A DNA stretch of 64,000 nucleotides, taken from Flavobacteriales bacterium. GTDB lineage: Bacteria; Bacteroidota; Bacteroidia; UBA10329. The position numbers and the translations under genes were made by a program. The notes below the pieces were generated by a model. It had not been told where the DNA came from, searched no databases, and was given only the letters and a program-made list of their open reading frames with translations. Shown piece after piece: positions 37,893-48,217 of this stretch; positions within the stretch are counted from its first letter, which is position 1, and the number at the start of each line of letters is the position of its first letter. The DNA lies in NCBI GenBank assembly GCA_018402015.1, contig JAGYJL010000005.1, forward strand, positions 7,499 through 71,498, written 5' to 3'.

Positions 37893-39551
37893 ATGCTTCG
37901 CTTTTCTGTCATATCGGTCTTGGTCTTTTACCTGATGTCATTTTCGGCCTCGGGACAGGATTTTCAAGTTCAAAAAAGCGATAGCATTGCCAAAATTGAA
38001 GGGGAAGTTTACTCTATTCACGTAGTGGATTCTAAGCAGACCTTATTCTCAATTGCCAAGGCTTACGAGGTTAAATTGAGTCGGATCGCATTTGATAATC
38101 CGGGTGTTTTGGACGGATTGAAGCTTGGACAGGCGTTAAAGATCCTTAAAAGTGCTCAGGGCGAAACACGAGAATCGGAACAGCCAAAAGATGCCTTGGA
38201 GTTGGACGGAGAATACGTCTTGTATACGGTTCCAAAACAGCAAACGCTGTATTCAATTTCCAAGGAATACAACACAACTGTGAGCGCCATTTTAGATGCG
38301 AATCCAGAATTGTCCGAAGGACTGAAGGTTGGTTCTACTATACGCGTTCCGGTTCCAAAAATGTTGGGCGAATCGCACACGGCCAAAGTTGAAATGGTCG
38401 GTCTACCTGACATTGTTAAGCGACAGGTAATCAGTTCGTCCAAAGAGTTTGAGACGAGAACTCCTTCCAAGGGTTCGATTGCTTTGCTTCTCCCGCTTTA
38501 CTTGAACCAGAACGACACAATTCAAGCCCGTAAATTAGAGGAAGAGCCGGAGTCGGTGTACGAACGGTCTGAAATAGGATTGGCGTTTTACGAAGGGTTT
38601 TTGCTGGCACTTGATTCCTTGAAAAAGCTTGGTCATGATGTGAATTTGAAAGTCATCGATACCGAAAATAGACCTTGGAAAGTGCAACAATTGATAACGC
38701 AAGGAGCGCTGAAAGATATCGACCTTATTGTTGGCCCATTGTATGGAAAGGTTTTTAGCCAAGTACAGAAGTACGCACAAATGAATTGTATACCCTTGGT
38801 TTCGCCAACGCTTAAGGGGAACGATATTGTTGAGAACAATGATTACGTGCTGAAACTCATTCCTTCTGAAGAGACCATGGTATATGCATTGGGAGAATAT
38901 GTTTCTCAGTCGGATTCAACCAACAACATGGTTCTGCATTACGGTGCTGCTGATGAAAAAAGTATGCTTTCTCGATTTCGACAAGGTTTGGAAGCGAATG
39001 GAATGAAGCCGGCTAATTTTCCGGTGGCCAATATGTACAAATCTGGAAAAGACTCGGTTAGAAACGCACTTAGTTTAACATCGAGGAACAATCTCATCAT
39101 TTTAAGCAATAACGAAGCGCGGTTAGCAAGTCTGCTACGTAATATGTCCAATTGGACAGAAGAGGCATACATTGTGGGATACGCGCCCAACGCTTGGCAG
39201 ATGTTCAAGAATGTTGAAATGGATTATTTCGACCATTTCCGCATCCATGTTCCAACACCATTTTTTGTCAATTATGAAGATTTGGATGTTCAGTTCTTTG
39301 TACAGAAATTCAGAAACACCTTCCAAGCAGATCCTACCACATTTGCTTTTCGAGGATACGATCTTGCTATGCACCTCATCCCTAATCTCAGTGGAATTAT
39401 TGATCAAGGGCCAAGTTATCTTGAATCCGTTCAGGAGAAAGGGCTTCAAAGTGATTTCAACTGGCATAGAGTAGCTAATGGTGGCTTGGAAAATGCAGCA
39501 CCCAGAATTGTGGATTATACTGGATATCAACTTAAAATTGCCACAGATTGA
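37893..39551 (+). CDS. Secreted protein with two LysM peptidoglycan-binding domains and a periplasmic-binding-protein-like domain
   Basis: Two LysM units (YSIHVVDSKQTLFSIAKAYEVKLSRIAFDNP; YTVPKQQTLYSISKEYNTTVSAILDANP) are followed by a type-I PBP-like region. Confidence 0.7.
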   Translation: MLRFSVISVLVFYLMSFSASGQDFQVQKSDSIAKIEGEVYSIHVVDSKQTLFSIAKAYEVKLSRIAFDNPGVLDGLKLGQALKILKSAQGETRESEQPKDALELDGEYVLYTVPKQQTLYSISKEYNTTVSAILDANPELSEGLKVGSTIRVPVPKMLGESHTAKVEMVGLPDIVKRQVISSSKEFETRTPSKGSIALLLPLYLNQNDTIQARKLEEEPESVYERSEIGLAFYEGFLLALDSLKKLGHDVNLKVIDTENRPWKVQQLITQGALKDIDLIVGPLYGKVFSQVQKYAQMNCIPLVSPTLKGNDIVENNDYVLKLIPSEETMVYALGEYVSQSDSTNNMVLHYGAADEKSMLSRFRQGLEANGMKPANFPVANMYKSGKDSVRNALSLTSRNNLIILSNNEARLASLLRNMSNWTEEAYIVGYAPNAWQMFKNVEMDYFDHFRIHVPTPFFVNYEDLDVQFFVQKFRNTFQADPTTFAFRGYDLAMHLIPNLSGIIDQGPSYLESVQEKGLQSDFNWHRVANGGLENAAPRIVDYTGYQLKIATD

Positions 39552-40444
39552 GCTTAACGAAGGAAGAAATAGCAGCTTGGTTCCGGCAACTGCAGTTGCA
39601 TATATGTAGTGAGTTGGAGGCTGAGGATGGTAAAGCCAAGTTTAAAGAAGATAGCTGGGAACGTCCGGGTGGAGGTGGAGGTCATACGCGTGTAGTTCAG
39701 CACGGAAACGTATTTGAGAAAGGTGGCGTTAATTTTTCTGCCGTTCATGGACAATTGGCAGATAATATCGTTAAAGCTTTAGGTCTTGATGACAACCAAT
39801 TTTTCGCAACAGGAGTTTCAATCGTCATTCATCCCATCAATCCATTCGTTCCCATCATTCATATGAACGTTCGGTACTTTGAGTTGGGAGATGGAACCTA
39901 TTGGTTTGGTGGAGGAATAGATCTAACTCCGCATTACATCCAAGAACAGGACGCTCGTTTTTTTCACCAAGCACTGAAAAATACCTGCGATCGATTTGAT
40001 GCATCTTATTATCCCGAGTTCAAAAAATGGGCAGATGATTATTTCTTCATCAAACACAGAAATGAGACCCGAGGTATTGGTGGCATATTTTTCGACCGAT
40101 TGAAAGAAGACGAATTGCATACCAAACAACAACGTTGGGAATTTGTAAAAGCAGTTGGAGAAACATTTGCGCCAACATACAGGGCTCTTGTTGCCAAGAA
40201 TAAGTCTGCTAATTATTCTGATGAAAACCTCCGTTGGAGAAACGTGCGTAGGGGAAGATATGTGGAGTTCAATCTTGTTTATGATAAAGGAACCAAGTTC
40301 GGGCTAGAGACAGATGGTAGGATAGAATCCATTTTGATGAGTCTTCCCGAAACGGCTTCATGGGTGTATAATCATCAAGCAGAAATGGATAGCTTGGAGC
40401 ATGCAACGCAACAGCTTCTTGTTAAAGACCTTAATTGGGCCTGA
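39548..40444 (+). CDS. hemF: Oxygen-dependent coproporphyrinogen III oxidase
   Basis: WERPGGGGG, RRGRYVEFNLVYDKGTKFGL and the overall 298-aa HemF layout. Its start overlaps the LysM gene stop. Confidence 0.9.
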   Translation: MSLTKEEIAAWFRQLQLHICSELEAEDGKAKFKEDSWERPGGGGGHTRVVQHGNVFEKGGVNFSAVHGQLADNIVKALGLDDNQFFATGVSIVIHPINPFVPIIHMNVRYFELGDGTYWFGGGIDLTPHYIQEQDARFFHQALKNTCDRFDASYYPEFKKWADDYFFIKHRNETRGIGGIFFDRLKEDELHTKQQRWEFVKAVGETFAPTYRALVAKNKSANYSDENLRWRNVRRGRYVEFNLVYDKGTKFGLETDGRIESILMSLPETASWVYNHQAEMDSLEHATQQLLVKDLNWA

Positions 40445-40571
40445 TCTTTCGGTTTACTGAACTCAATTTGGTTATTTTTGGTTAGTTAAGGCTGAAAGTC
40501 AATTACAGCGTTAATAATAGGCAACCATAAACAGGCTCAGGCGTTCTTGGAATGAACGTCTTAATTGCTGT

Positions 40572-43500
40572 TTGATTAACATGAAAAACCCCATTTTCCG
40601 CGCCCTGATCGCGGCATTACTTTTCTTCGCAGCTATGCCACAAAAGGCGGAAGCATCTCATGCGTTGGGGGCAGAGATCACTTACGAGTGTCTAGGTGGG
40701 GATCAATACCGAATTAGGTTGGTTTTTTATCGCGATTGTGGTGGTATTTCAGCTCCAACAGCTCCATCTATTTCAATCACTTCATCGTGTGGCAATCAAA
40801 CTTTAGGAATGACCTTGCTGCCGCCCGAAGATCCTTTTCCGCCCTTCGATCAGTATTTGGTGCCTTATGAACTTCCCGTTTATTGCGCTCCATCAAACTG
40901 CGGAAATGGAAACAATCCTGGAATCCAGCAATATATTTATGAGGCCACGGCAACTCTCCCACCATGCGCTAACTGGACCTTTAGCTATGATCTATGCTGC
41001 AGATCGGCCTCCATTAACACGATCAGTGCCCCTGGAAGCCAAGACATATATGTGAGCGCTTTTCTGAACAATGCGGCAGCACCATGCAACAATTCGCCAC
41101 AGTTTGATGTGCCAGCTAGAGGATTCCTTTGTTTGAATGAGGACAATACCATTTTGGCCACAGCTTACGATGTAGATGGCGATCTGCTTGTTTATAGCCT
41201 GTACACACCTTGGCATAATCCGGGGCAGAGCGTAAATTACACAGGTGGTTTCAATCCGAACAACCCATTGAGCAACAACTATTACAACTTCAATAATGGT
41301 GTAATAACTACTCAGCCAACTGCCAATGGTCAGATAACGGTTATCGGGGTAATGGTAGAGGAGTACCGAAATGGTGTCCTGATCGGGCGTATTGTTCGAG
41401 ACATGCAGGTGCGAGTGATCAATAATTGCCCGCAGAATCCTGGAAACGATTTCGATATTGATCAGGATGGCGTTTTTGATGAGGATACCATTGTGCTTTG
41501 CGCTGACAATGCAGTTCAGTTGGATGTTTTTTTGAATAACACGCTTCCAGGACTCAACTATACGTTGGTTGCAAATAATGTGGATGATTTCCCAGGAGCT
41601 ACGTTTGTTAATGTGCCAAATGGCTCTGCTCCGGGCGGAATTATGGGTCAGTTTGTTTGGACTCCGGGTCAGGCCGATATCGGCACAAATCAAGTGCTTG
41701 TTTTTACGGCATTTGACGATAACTGCCCCGTGGTAGGTTTTGCCAATTTTACCTATGAGTTCATAATAACAGGGCTAGAATTAGAAGTGGATATTGATAC
41801 AGTAGCCATTTCGTGTACCGACTCGGTTCAAATGAATACTATCGTTTCTAATGGAACCGCACCATACACTTTTCTGTGGAACAACGGCAGTACGGAGTCT
41901 AGTATTTGGGTAACCGCTGGAGAGTATATTGTAACGGTTACCGATGCGGAAGGTTGTATTGGAGACGATACTATTAATGTATTCTACATTGATGATCCAG
42001 TTGCACTTTTCGATCCAGCAAATGGTTGCGTTGATTCTTCAATAACGTTTGTAGATCAATCTTTCAGTAACTATCCAGTTGGATTTCCCCCTATAAACAT
42101 TGTAGATTGGTCATGGGACTTTGGAGACGGATCCACGGCAACAGGTGTTGCAAACCCAAGCCATTCATACACGGCAAGCGGTGAATATACGGTAAGCCTT
42201 ATTGCCACCAACGACCTTGGTTGTGTAGACACTGTGGAAAATATTGTCTGGGCCAATCCGCCCCCGCTGGTTGATTTCAGTTTCAATAATGTTTGTACAG
42301 ACACCCTTTTCACATTTACAGATGCCTCGGTAATCGATACTGGGATAATAGTAGGTTGGGGTTGGGATTTTGGTGATGGAAGCCCACCTGTTCAGGCACA
42401 GAACGCTACTCATCAATATGCAGCTTTCGGTAATTACAACGTTACGTTGGTGGCGGTTTCAGACAGCGGTTGTCCATCTTTCTTGACCCAGCAGGTCTAT
42501 TCATCGCCAGTTCCTGTAGCCGATTTCTCGCCTACAGATGTCTGTAATGGCAATGTTTCAAGTTTCATGGATCTGACCACTGTTGATGCGGGTTCTGTCT
42601 CACAATGGTCATGGGATTTCGGTGACGGAGGAAGCTCAATACTTCAAAATCCTGTGTACACTTATCAGGACACGGGAGTATTCAGCGTAACATTGATAGC
42701 AACTACCGATTCGGTTTGCCGTGACACCATTACGCAAACAGTAACAGTTCACCCAGCTCCAGTTGTTGGTTTCTTTACCGATACGGTCTGTGCTCAGTTG
42801 CCAATGACCTTTACTGATACGTCTTCAACACCTTCAGGAACCATCGTTTCTTGGTCATGGTATTTTGGAAATGGAGGTATTTCAAGTAACCAGAATACCT
42901 CCAACGTTTATGCTTTGGGCGGACAGTACATAGCATCGCTGGCCGTTGAAACAGACCTTGGTTGTATCGACACGATGTCTCAGACCGTGATCGTTTACCC
43001 CAAACCGAATGCAGCGTTCTTGACCCTCGCAGCCTGTTTGAACGATACGAACAATTTCACAGATCAATCAACGGTAGCCACTGGTTCTCAAATAGTAAGC
43101 TGGAATTGGGATTATGGTGATAACTCCGGTTTTTCCACCGATCAGAATCCTTCGTATGTATTCGGAAATAGCGGCATTTACAATGTTGAGTTAATTACAG
43201 AAACAGATAATGGTTGTTTAGACACCGTAGTAAATCCAACACAAGTATTTGACCTACCTGTGGCTGACTTTACTTTCTCTAACGAATGCTTGTATGACGC
43301 AGCCGTTTTTCAGAATACTTCTAGCATTCCTTCAGGATCTATTACCACATACTTATGGGATTTTGGAGATGGAGATGTTGCCAACGTTCAGCAACCGGTA
43401 GGGCAGTTGTACGATACGGCCGGATTGTATGACGTTCAACTCATTACTGTTTCAAACAACGGTTGTTTGGACACAATTCTCCAAACGATAGAAATGTATC

Positions 43501-44822
43501 CTGTGCCAACAGCTATGTTCACATACGATTCTGTGTGCTATCCGTTTGCAACATCATTCACCGACCTGTCTTCTGTTGGCGGAGCATACAATGTCATTGA
43601 TTGGACATGGAAATTCGGAGATGGAATTATCAATAGTGGAACTCAAAATCCAACTCACGCCTATACTGAATGGGGAGATTATTCGGTACAACTTACTGTA
43701 GAGACAGATGCAGGTTGTGTTGCCGATATTACGCTAGGTCCGGCAAGAGTATATCCGAAGCCAGAGGCAGATTTCAGCGATGATATTGCCAATTGCCTTA
43801 ACGATACAACGTTGTTCGAAGATTTATCTTCTGTAGAAAACTACCCGTTTGACGAGTTGGTGGCGTGGAATTGGAATTTCGCAGATGGAACCTCTAGCCC
43901 AGTACAAGACACGATTCATGTTTACGCGGCTCATGGTTTTTATGGTGTCGAATTGGCTGTTACAACCAATAATGGTTGTCAGGACACACTTGTACAGCCA
44001 GTGGAAATTTATCCGCTGCCGCAAGTAGCGTTTACAGTAGATACGAATTTGGGTTGTCAACCATTCAGAGCATGGTTTACGGATCTTACCACTATTCCAG
44101 ATCCATACTTACTTACTTCTTGGGAGTGGAATTTTGGAGATGGTCCTGGAACTGTTTCAACCAGAAATCCGGAGCACACTTATTGGGATGAGGATCTGGG
44201 CGATTTTGATACCGGCATCTATTCTGTTTCGTTGGAAGTTACTTCTGCCAATGGCTGTATTTCAGATACAACGTATGTTGACTACATGATAGAGTATCCA
44301 AAGCCTGATGCACTTTTCTCGGTTGATCCAGAGCGAACGGATATCATCTTCCCAAAATTCAGAATAACCGATCTTGCTTCTCCTAATGTGGTCAATTGGA
44401 GCTATCAGTGGGGCGATGGGGCTACAGCCAACATTCCTAATCCTGTTCACGAATATTCTGATACTGGATATTACAACATCACACAGATCGTGGCCACGGA
44501 GTTTGGTTGTTTGGATACCGCTGATGTAACGGTACGTGTCGATCCGGAATTCAGATTCTACATTCCATCCGCCTTTACGCCAGATGCCGATGGAGTTAAC
44601 GAAGAATTCTTTGGTTCAGGAATCGGAATAGTAGAGTACAATATGCAGATATGGGATAGGTGGGGAGAGCTGATATTTGAATCGAATGATGCGGATTACC
44701 ATTGGGATGGTTCTTACAGAGGCGCACAGGTTCAGAAAGGAGTTTATATCTATCAATTTGACCTGTTAGACATCAAAGGAGAGCCTCATAAGTACAGAGG
44801 TCATGTAACCTTATTCAGGTAG
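40572..44822 (+). CDS. Giant cell-surface protein (1416 aa). Its N-terminal domain is paralogous to that of 27167..32056. It has about 12 PKD-type repeats (WDFGDGS...) and a T9SS type-B (CHU_C) C-terminal domain.
   Basis: The N-terminal ASHALGAEITYECLGGDQYRIRLVFYRDCGG ... DVDGDLLVYSLYTPW ... EEYRNGVLIGRIVRDMQVRVINNC aligns with the first giant protein. Repeated WxWDFGDGxxS..NPxHxY PKD motifs follow. The C-terminus is FYIPSAFTPDADGVNEEF...IWDRWGELIFES...HWDG...GVYIYQFDL. Confidence 0.85.
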   Translation: MINMKNPIFRALIAALLFFAAMPQKAEASHALGAEITYECLGGDQYRIRLVFYRDCGGISAPTAPSISITSSCGNQTLGMTLLPPEDPFPPFDQYLVPYELPVYCAPSNCGNGNNPGIQQYIYEATATLPPCANWTFSYDLCCRSASINTISAPGSQDIYVSAFLNNAAAPCNNSPQFDVPARGFLCLNEDNTILATAYDVDGDLLVYSLYTPWHNPGQSVNYTGGFNPNNPLSNNYYNFNNGVITTQPTANGQITVIGVMVEEYRNGVLIGRIVRDMQVRVINNCPQNPGNDFDIDQDGVFDEDTIVLCADNAVQLDVFLNNTLPGLNYTLVANNVDDFPGATFVNVPNGSAPGGIMGQFVWTPGQADIGTNQVLVFTAFDDNCPVVGFANFTYEFIITGLELEVDIDTVAISCTDSVQMNTIVSNGTAPYTFLWNNGSTESSIWVTAGEYIVTVTDAEGCIGDDTINVFYIDDPVALFDPANGCVDSSITFVDQSFSNYPVGFPPINIVDWSWDFGDGSTATGVANPSHSYTASGEYTVSLIATNDLGCVDTVENIVWANPPPLVDFSFNNVCTDTLFTFTDASVIDTGIIVGWGWDFGDGSPPVQAQNATHQYAAFGNYNVTLVAVSDSGCPSFLTQQVYSSPVPVADFSPTDVCNGNVSSFMDLTTVDAGSVSQWSWDFGDGGSSILQNPVYTYQDTGVFSVTLIATTDSVCRDTITQTVTVHPAPVVGFFTDTVCAQLPMTFTDTSSTPSGTIVSWSWYFGNGGISSNQNTSNVYALGGQYIASLAVETDLGCIDTMSQTVIVYPKPNAAFLTLAACLNDTNNFTDQSTVATGSQIVSWNWDYGDNSGFSTDQNPSYVFGNSGIYNVELITETDNGCLDTVVNPTQVFDLPVADFTFSNECLYDAAVFQNTSSIPSGSITTYLWDFGDGDVANVQQPVGQLYDTAGLYDVQLITVSNNGCLDTILQTIEMYPVPTAMFTYDSVCYPFATSFTDLSSVGGAYNVIDWTWKFGDGIINSGTQNPTHAYTEWGDYSVQLTVETDAGCVADITLGPARVYPKPEADFSDDIANCLNDTTLFEDLSSVENYPFDELVAWNWNFADGTSSPVQDTIHVYAAHGFYGVELAVTTNNGCQDTLVQPVEIYPLPQVAFTVDTNLGCQPFRAWFTDLTTIPDPYLLTSWEWNFGDGPGTVSTRNPEHTYWDEDLGDFDTGIYSVSLEVTSANGCISDTTYVDYMIEYPKPDALFSVDPERTDIIFPKFRITDLASPNVVNWSYQWGDGATANIPNPVHEYSDTGYYNITQIVATEFGCLDTADVTVRVDPEFRFYIPSAFTPDADGVNEEFFGSGIGIVEYNMQIWDRWGELIFESNDADYHWDGSYRGAQVQKGVYIYQFDLLDIKGEPHKYRGHVTLFR

Positions 44823-44848
44823 TGGAGTAGAGGCCGCAGGATTAAATA

Positions 44849-47800
44849 ATGATTACACGTACAGTCACACTTCTTCTTCTTGTCATTTGCGCACTGAATT
44901 CGGCTTATGCTCAATATCAGTTGAACGGTTCTGCCAGTCAAATATCTTGTAACTGTTACGAGCTTACTCCAGATGTATCGAATGTTGGTGGCTCTGTGTG
45001 GAATGTGAACCAGATTGACCTCAATAACCCATTCGACTTTAATTTTGAAGTTTGGTTAGGTTGTGATGATTGGGGCGCTGATGGAATCGGATTTGTTTTA
45101 CAACCGCTCAATGTCAATCAAGGTGGAATTTCGAGTTCGTTAGGTTACGGTGGAGTTTCGCCTTCCATAGCTATCGAGATCGATACATGGCCTAATGACG
45201 TTACCATGAGCGATCCACCACAGGATCACATCGCCATAATGCAAAATGGCACTACCAATCATGCTACTGCAGGTAATCTCGCGGGTCCGGTAACTGCCAG
45301 TGCCAGTCAAACCAATATTGAAGATTGTGCTTGGCACGATGTGAGAATTGTTTGGAGTCCGACCTTGAATTCCTTGACCGTTTACTTTGATGGAGTTTTT
45401 AGAACCAGTTACACCGGAAACATCATCGCTAACATTTTCGGAGGTAATTCGATGGTTTATTGGGGCTGGACAGGAGGAACGGGCGGTGCCAGTTCGGATC
45501 AACGATTCTGTAATACCATCGACCCCGATTTTGATGTGGTGAGCAACACAACCTGTGTTGGTTCATCTATCCAGTTTGAGGATGTTTCTATCACATCGGC
45601 TGGAAATATTTCCAATTATAGCTGGAACTTTGATGACGGATCAACAGGTTCCGGTGCGCCCATTTCTCACGTTTTTAACAATCCTGGAACATACGATGTT
45701 GAATTGACCATCACTTCTGAAGGATGCAGTGACGTAACTACTATTCCGGTTACCATCGATCCTTCGCCTGTGGTAAACTTAGGTCCTGATATTACGCTCT
45801 GTGCTGGCGCTACTGCACAGTTGAATAGCCCGAATACGCTTGGAAGTGGTACATATAGTTGGTCACCGATCACAGCACTTAGTAATGGAACTGCTCCAAG
45901 TCCAACTACATCCGCTTCAAACAATATTACTTACACGCTCACTTTTACGTCCAATACGGGTTGTTCTGATTCGGACGATATTGCTGTGACCGTTAGTAAT
46001 GGACCTACCGCCAATGCTGGGCCAGATGCCACTATTTGTGAGGGAGAACAGGTTCAGCTGCAAGCCAGTGGAGGTACATCCTACAGTTGGTCTCCAACTG
46101 CAACGTTAGATAATTCGTCAATTGCTGCACCTACAGCATCACCTTTAGCCAATACAACTTATACGGTTACTGTTTCGGACGCCAGCAACTGCACAGCCAC
46201 AGACGATGTAACCATTACGGTTGTGCAAGCGCCAAGTTTGGATGCTGGCCAAGATCAGAATGTCTGTGAGGGAGATATGGTGCAATTGAATGCAATTGGA
46301 ACAGGAACTTTCGCATGGTCTCCGTCTACTGGACTAAGTAGTGTTTCTATTGCTGATCCAACAGCTTCACCATCGAGTACCATTACCTATACCGTTACCC
46401 TAACGGATGCAAATAACTGTACAGCAACCGATGATGTACTCATCAGTGTTGACCCGATTCCAGTGGCGGATTTTACGGATCCAACGCCTGTCTGTAACGG
46501 AAATGCTGTCCAGTTTTCAGATAATTCAACTGGTACAATTGCCAATTACGTTTGGGAGTTTGGAGATGGGCAGTTTGGTCAAGGTGCCAACCCAACGCAC
46601 GTTTACCCCGATCTTGGAACCTATCAGGTTACACTTACTGTGGTCAGTGCCAACGGATGTACATCTACAGCCAATGGAATCGCGCAAGTAGTTGATGGAC
46701 CAGTACCAGATTTTGCAATAGATAATGGCCCCGATCTATGCGTAAATGAGTTGCTGGAAATTTCAGACAATAGCTACGGACCAATTGCTACATATGCGTG
46801 GGATTTCGGAAACGGGACCACCTCATCCGATCCTGCTCCTGTATTCCAGTATGCTGCGCCAGGTTCGTATACTGTTGAGTTGACTTTGATAGCACCTGAT
46901 CAATGTGCCAATACGCAAACCGTTGCTGTACAGGTTTATCCACTTCCAGTAGCCGATTTCAACTTTGGAACCGCTTGTGTTTTTGAGCTGATTTCCTTTT
47001 CAGATCAATCATCGGTAAGCGCAGGTTCCATTGTTGGTTGGGAATGGTCGTTCGGAGATGGAACTGCTGTAACATATGGAGCCAATCCTACGCATTCTTT
47101 CAGTGCAGAGAGTTCTTACACGGTTACTATGATTGCGCAAACAGCGGCCGGATGTAGAGATACAATACAAGATGTGGTATCGGTCAATCCAACACCTGTG
47201 GTATCTATTTCAGGAGTTAATGGCTGCGTTGGTTCCGACATCAGCTTTGTTAATAATACAACTCCTAACAACAATACAATTGTTCAGTGGAATTGGTCTT
47301 TTGGCGATGGACAAACGAGCACAATTCTAGCGCCTGCCCATGCTTATTCCAATCTTGGCGAGTACACCGTTGAGTTGGAAGCAACTTCAGATCGTGGTTG
47401 CGTTGGATCTGGCTCTACAACAATCGATGTTCATCCCTATCCTGAATCGGGTTTCAATTTTTCCAGTTATGAAGGATGTGCTCCGTTGGACGTGACCTTT
47501 GTTGATGAGTCAACCATCAATTCCAATTATTCCATAGGAAGTTATGAGTGGATATTTGGGGATGGTTCCTCTTCTTCCGCAACTGATCCTGCACACACGT
47601 ATAATTCATCGGGCAATTTTGATGTGACCTTGATAACTACTACCCAAGGAACTGGCTGTTCCGATACGCTTACGTTAACGCAGTTGATCTCGGTCTATCT
47701 TACTCCAGAAGCATCCTTCTTCTACAGCCCTACGGATGCAACCATGTTGGATCCGCGCATTCGTTTCACCAATACATCAGTTAATGCGGCCGATTATATC

Positions 47801-48217
47801 TGGGATTTTGGAGATGGTAATTCGTCAGAACTTGCTAATCCGGTCAATTACTATCCAGAAGAAGGTGATTACACCGTTACGCTGGTAGCTAACAATGGAA
47901 TCTGCACATCTAGAACGGTTCAGGAAATACATATCGATCCGGAAACATTCATTTACATACCAAATGCATTCACGCCAAATGGAGATGGCTTAAACGATGT
48001 GTTTATCCCGCAAGGAATTGGTATCGAGCGTTTCAACATGACCATTTATGATCGATGGGGAAAAGAACTGTACTACACCAATACCATTACTGAACCTTGG
48101 AGAGGTTGGTACAATGGACTTGAATTGCCCAACGACAGTTACGTTTATAGGATTGAGATTCTGGATGTGAATGAAGAGGTCAGAGTCTTCCGCGGAAGCG
48201 TTAACCTGGTTCGCTGA
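44849..48217 (+). CDS. Giant cell-surface protein (1122 aa) with an N-terminal L-type (legume-like) lectin domain, Ig-like and PKD repeats, and a T9SS type-B (CHU_C) C-terminal domain
   Basis: The N-terminal GADGIGFVLQP and SIAIEIDTWPNDV...DHIAIMQNGTTNH resemble legume-lectin signatures. Later come DAGPD.. / WEFGDGQ.. repeats. The C-terminus is FIYIPNAFTPNGDGLNDVF...IYDRWGKELYYT...GSVNLVR. Confidence 0.8.
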   Translation: MITRTVTLLLLVICALNSAYAQYQLNGSASQISCNCYELTPDVSNVGGSVWNVNQIDLNNPFDFNFEVWLGCDDWGADGIGFVLQPLNVNQGGISSSLGYGGVSPSIAIEIDTWPNDVTMSDPPQDHIAIMQNGTTNHATAGNLAGPVTASASQTNIEDCAWHDVRIVWSPTLNSLTVYFDGVFRTSYTGNIIANIFGGNSMVYWGWTGGTGGASSDQRFCNTIDPDFDVVSNTTCVGSSIQFEDVSITSAGNISNYSWNFDDGSTGSGAPISHVFNNPGTYDVELTITSEGCSDVTTIPVTIDPSPVVNLGPDITLCAGATAQLNSPNTLGSGTYSWSPITALSNGTAPSPTTSASNNITYTLTFTSNTGCSDSDDIAVTVSNGPTANAGPDATICEGEQVQLQASGGTSYSWSPTATLDNSSIAAPTASPLANTTYTVTVSDASNCTATDDVTITVVQAPSLDAGQDQNVCEGDMVQLNAIGTGTFAWSPSTGLSSVSIADPTASPSSTITYTVTLTDANNCTATDDVLISVDPIPVADFTDPTPVCNGNAVQFSDNSTGTIANYVWEFGDGQFGQGANPTHVYPDLGTYQVTLTVVSANGCTSTANGIAQVVDGPVPDFAIDNGPDLCVNELLEISDNSYGPIATYAWDFGNGTTSSDPAPVFQYAAPGSYTVELTLIAPDQCANTQTVAVQVYPLPVADFNFGTACVFELISFSDQSSVSAGSIVGWEWSFGDGTAVTYGANPTHSFSAESSYTVTMIAQTAAGCRDTIQDVVSVNPTPVVSISGVNGCVGSDISFVNNTTPNNNTIVQWNWSFGDGQTSTILAPAHAYSNLGEYTVELEATSDRGCVGSGSTTIDVHPYPESGFNFSSYEGCAPLDVTFVDESTINSNYSIGSYEWIFGDGSSSSATDPAHTYNSSGNFDVTLITTTQGTGCSDTLTLTQLISVYLTPEASFFYSPTDATMLDPRIRFTNTSVNAADYIWDFGDGNSSELANPVNYYPEEGDYTVTLVANNGICTSRTVQEIHIDPETFIYIPNAFTPNGDGLNDVFIPQGIGIERFNMTIYDRWGKELYYTNTITEPWRGWYNGLELPNDSYVYRIEILDVNEEVRVFRGSVNLVR

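Noticed and set aside
27167-48217. Polysaccharide utilisation locus, T6SS or other secretion machinery associated with the giant proteins
   Set aside because: No SusC/SusD, TonB-dependent receptor, Hcp/VgrG/TssB-C or T9SS core (PorK-N, SprA/E/T) gene occurs in the window. The giant proteins are substrates, not machinery.
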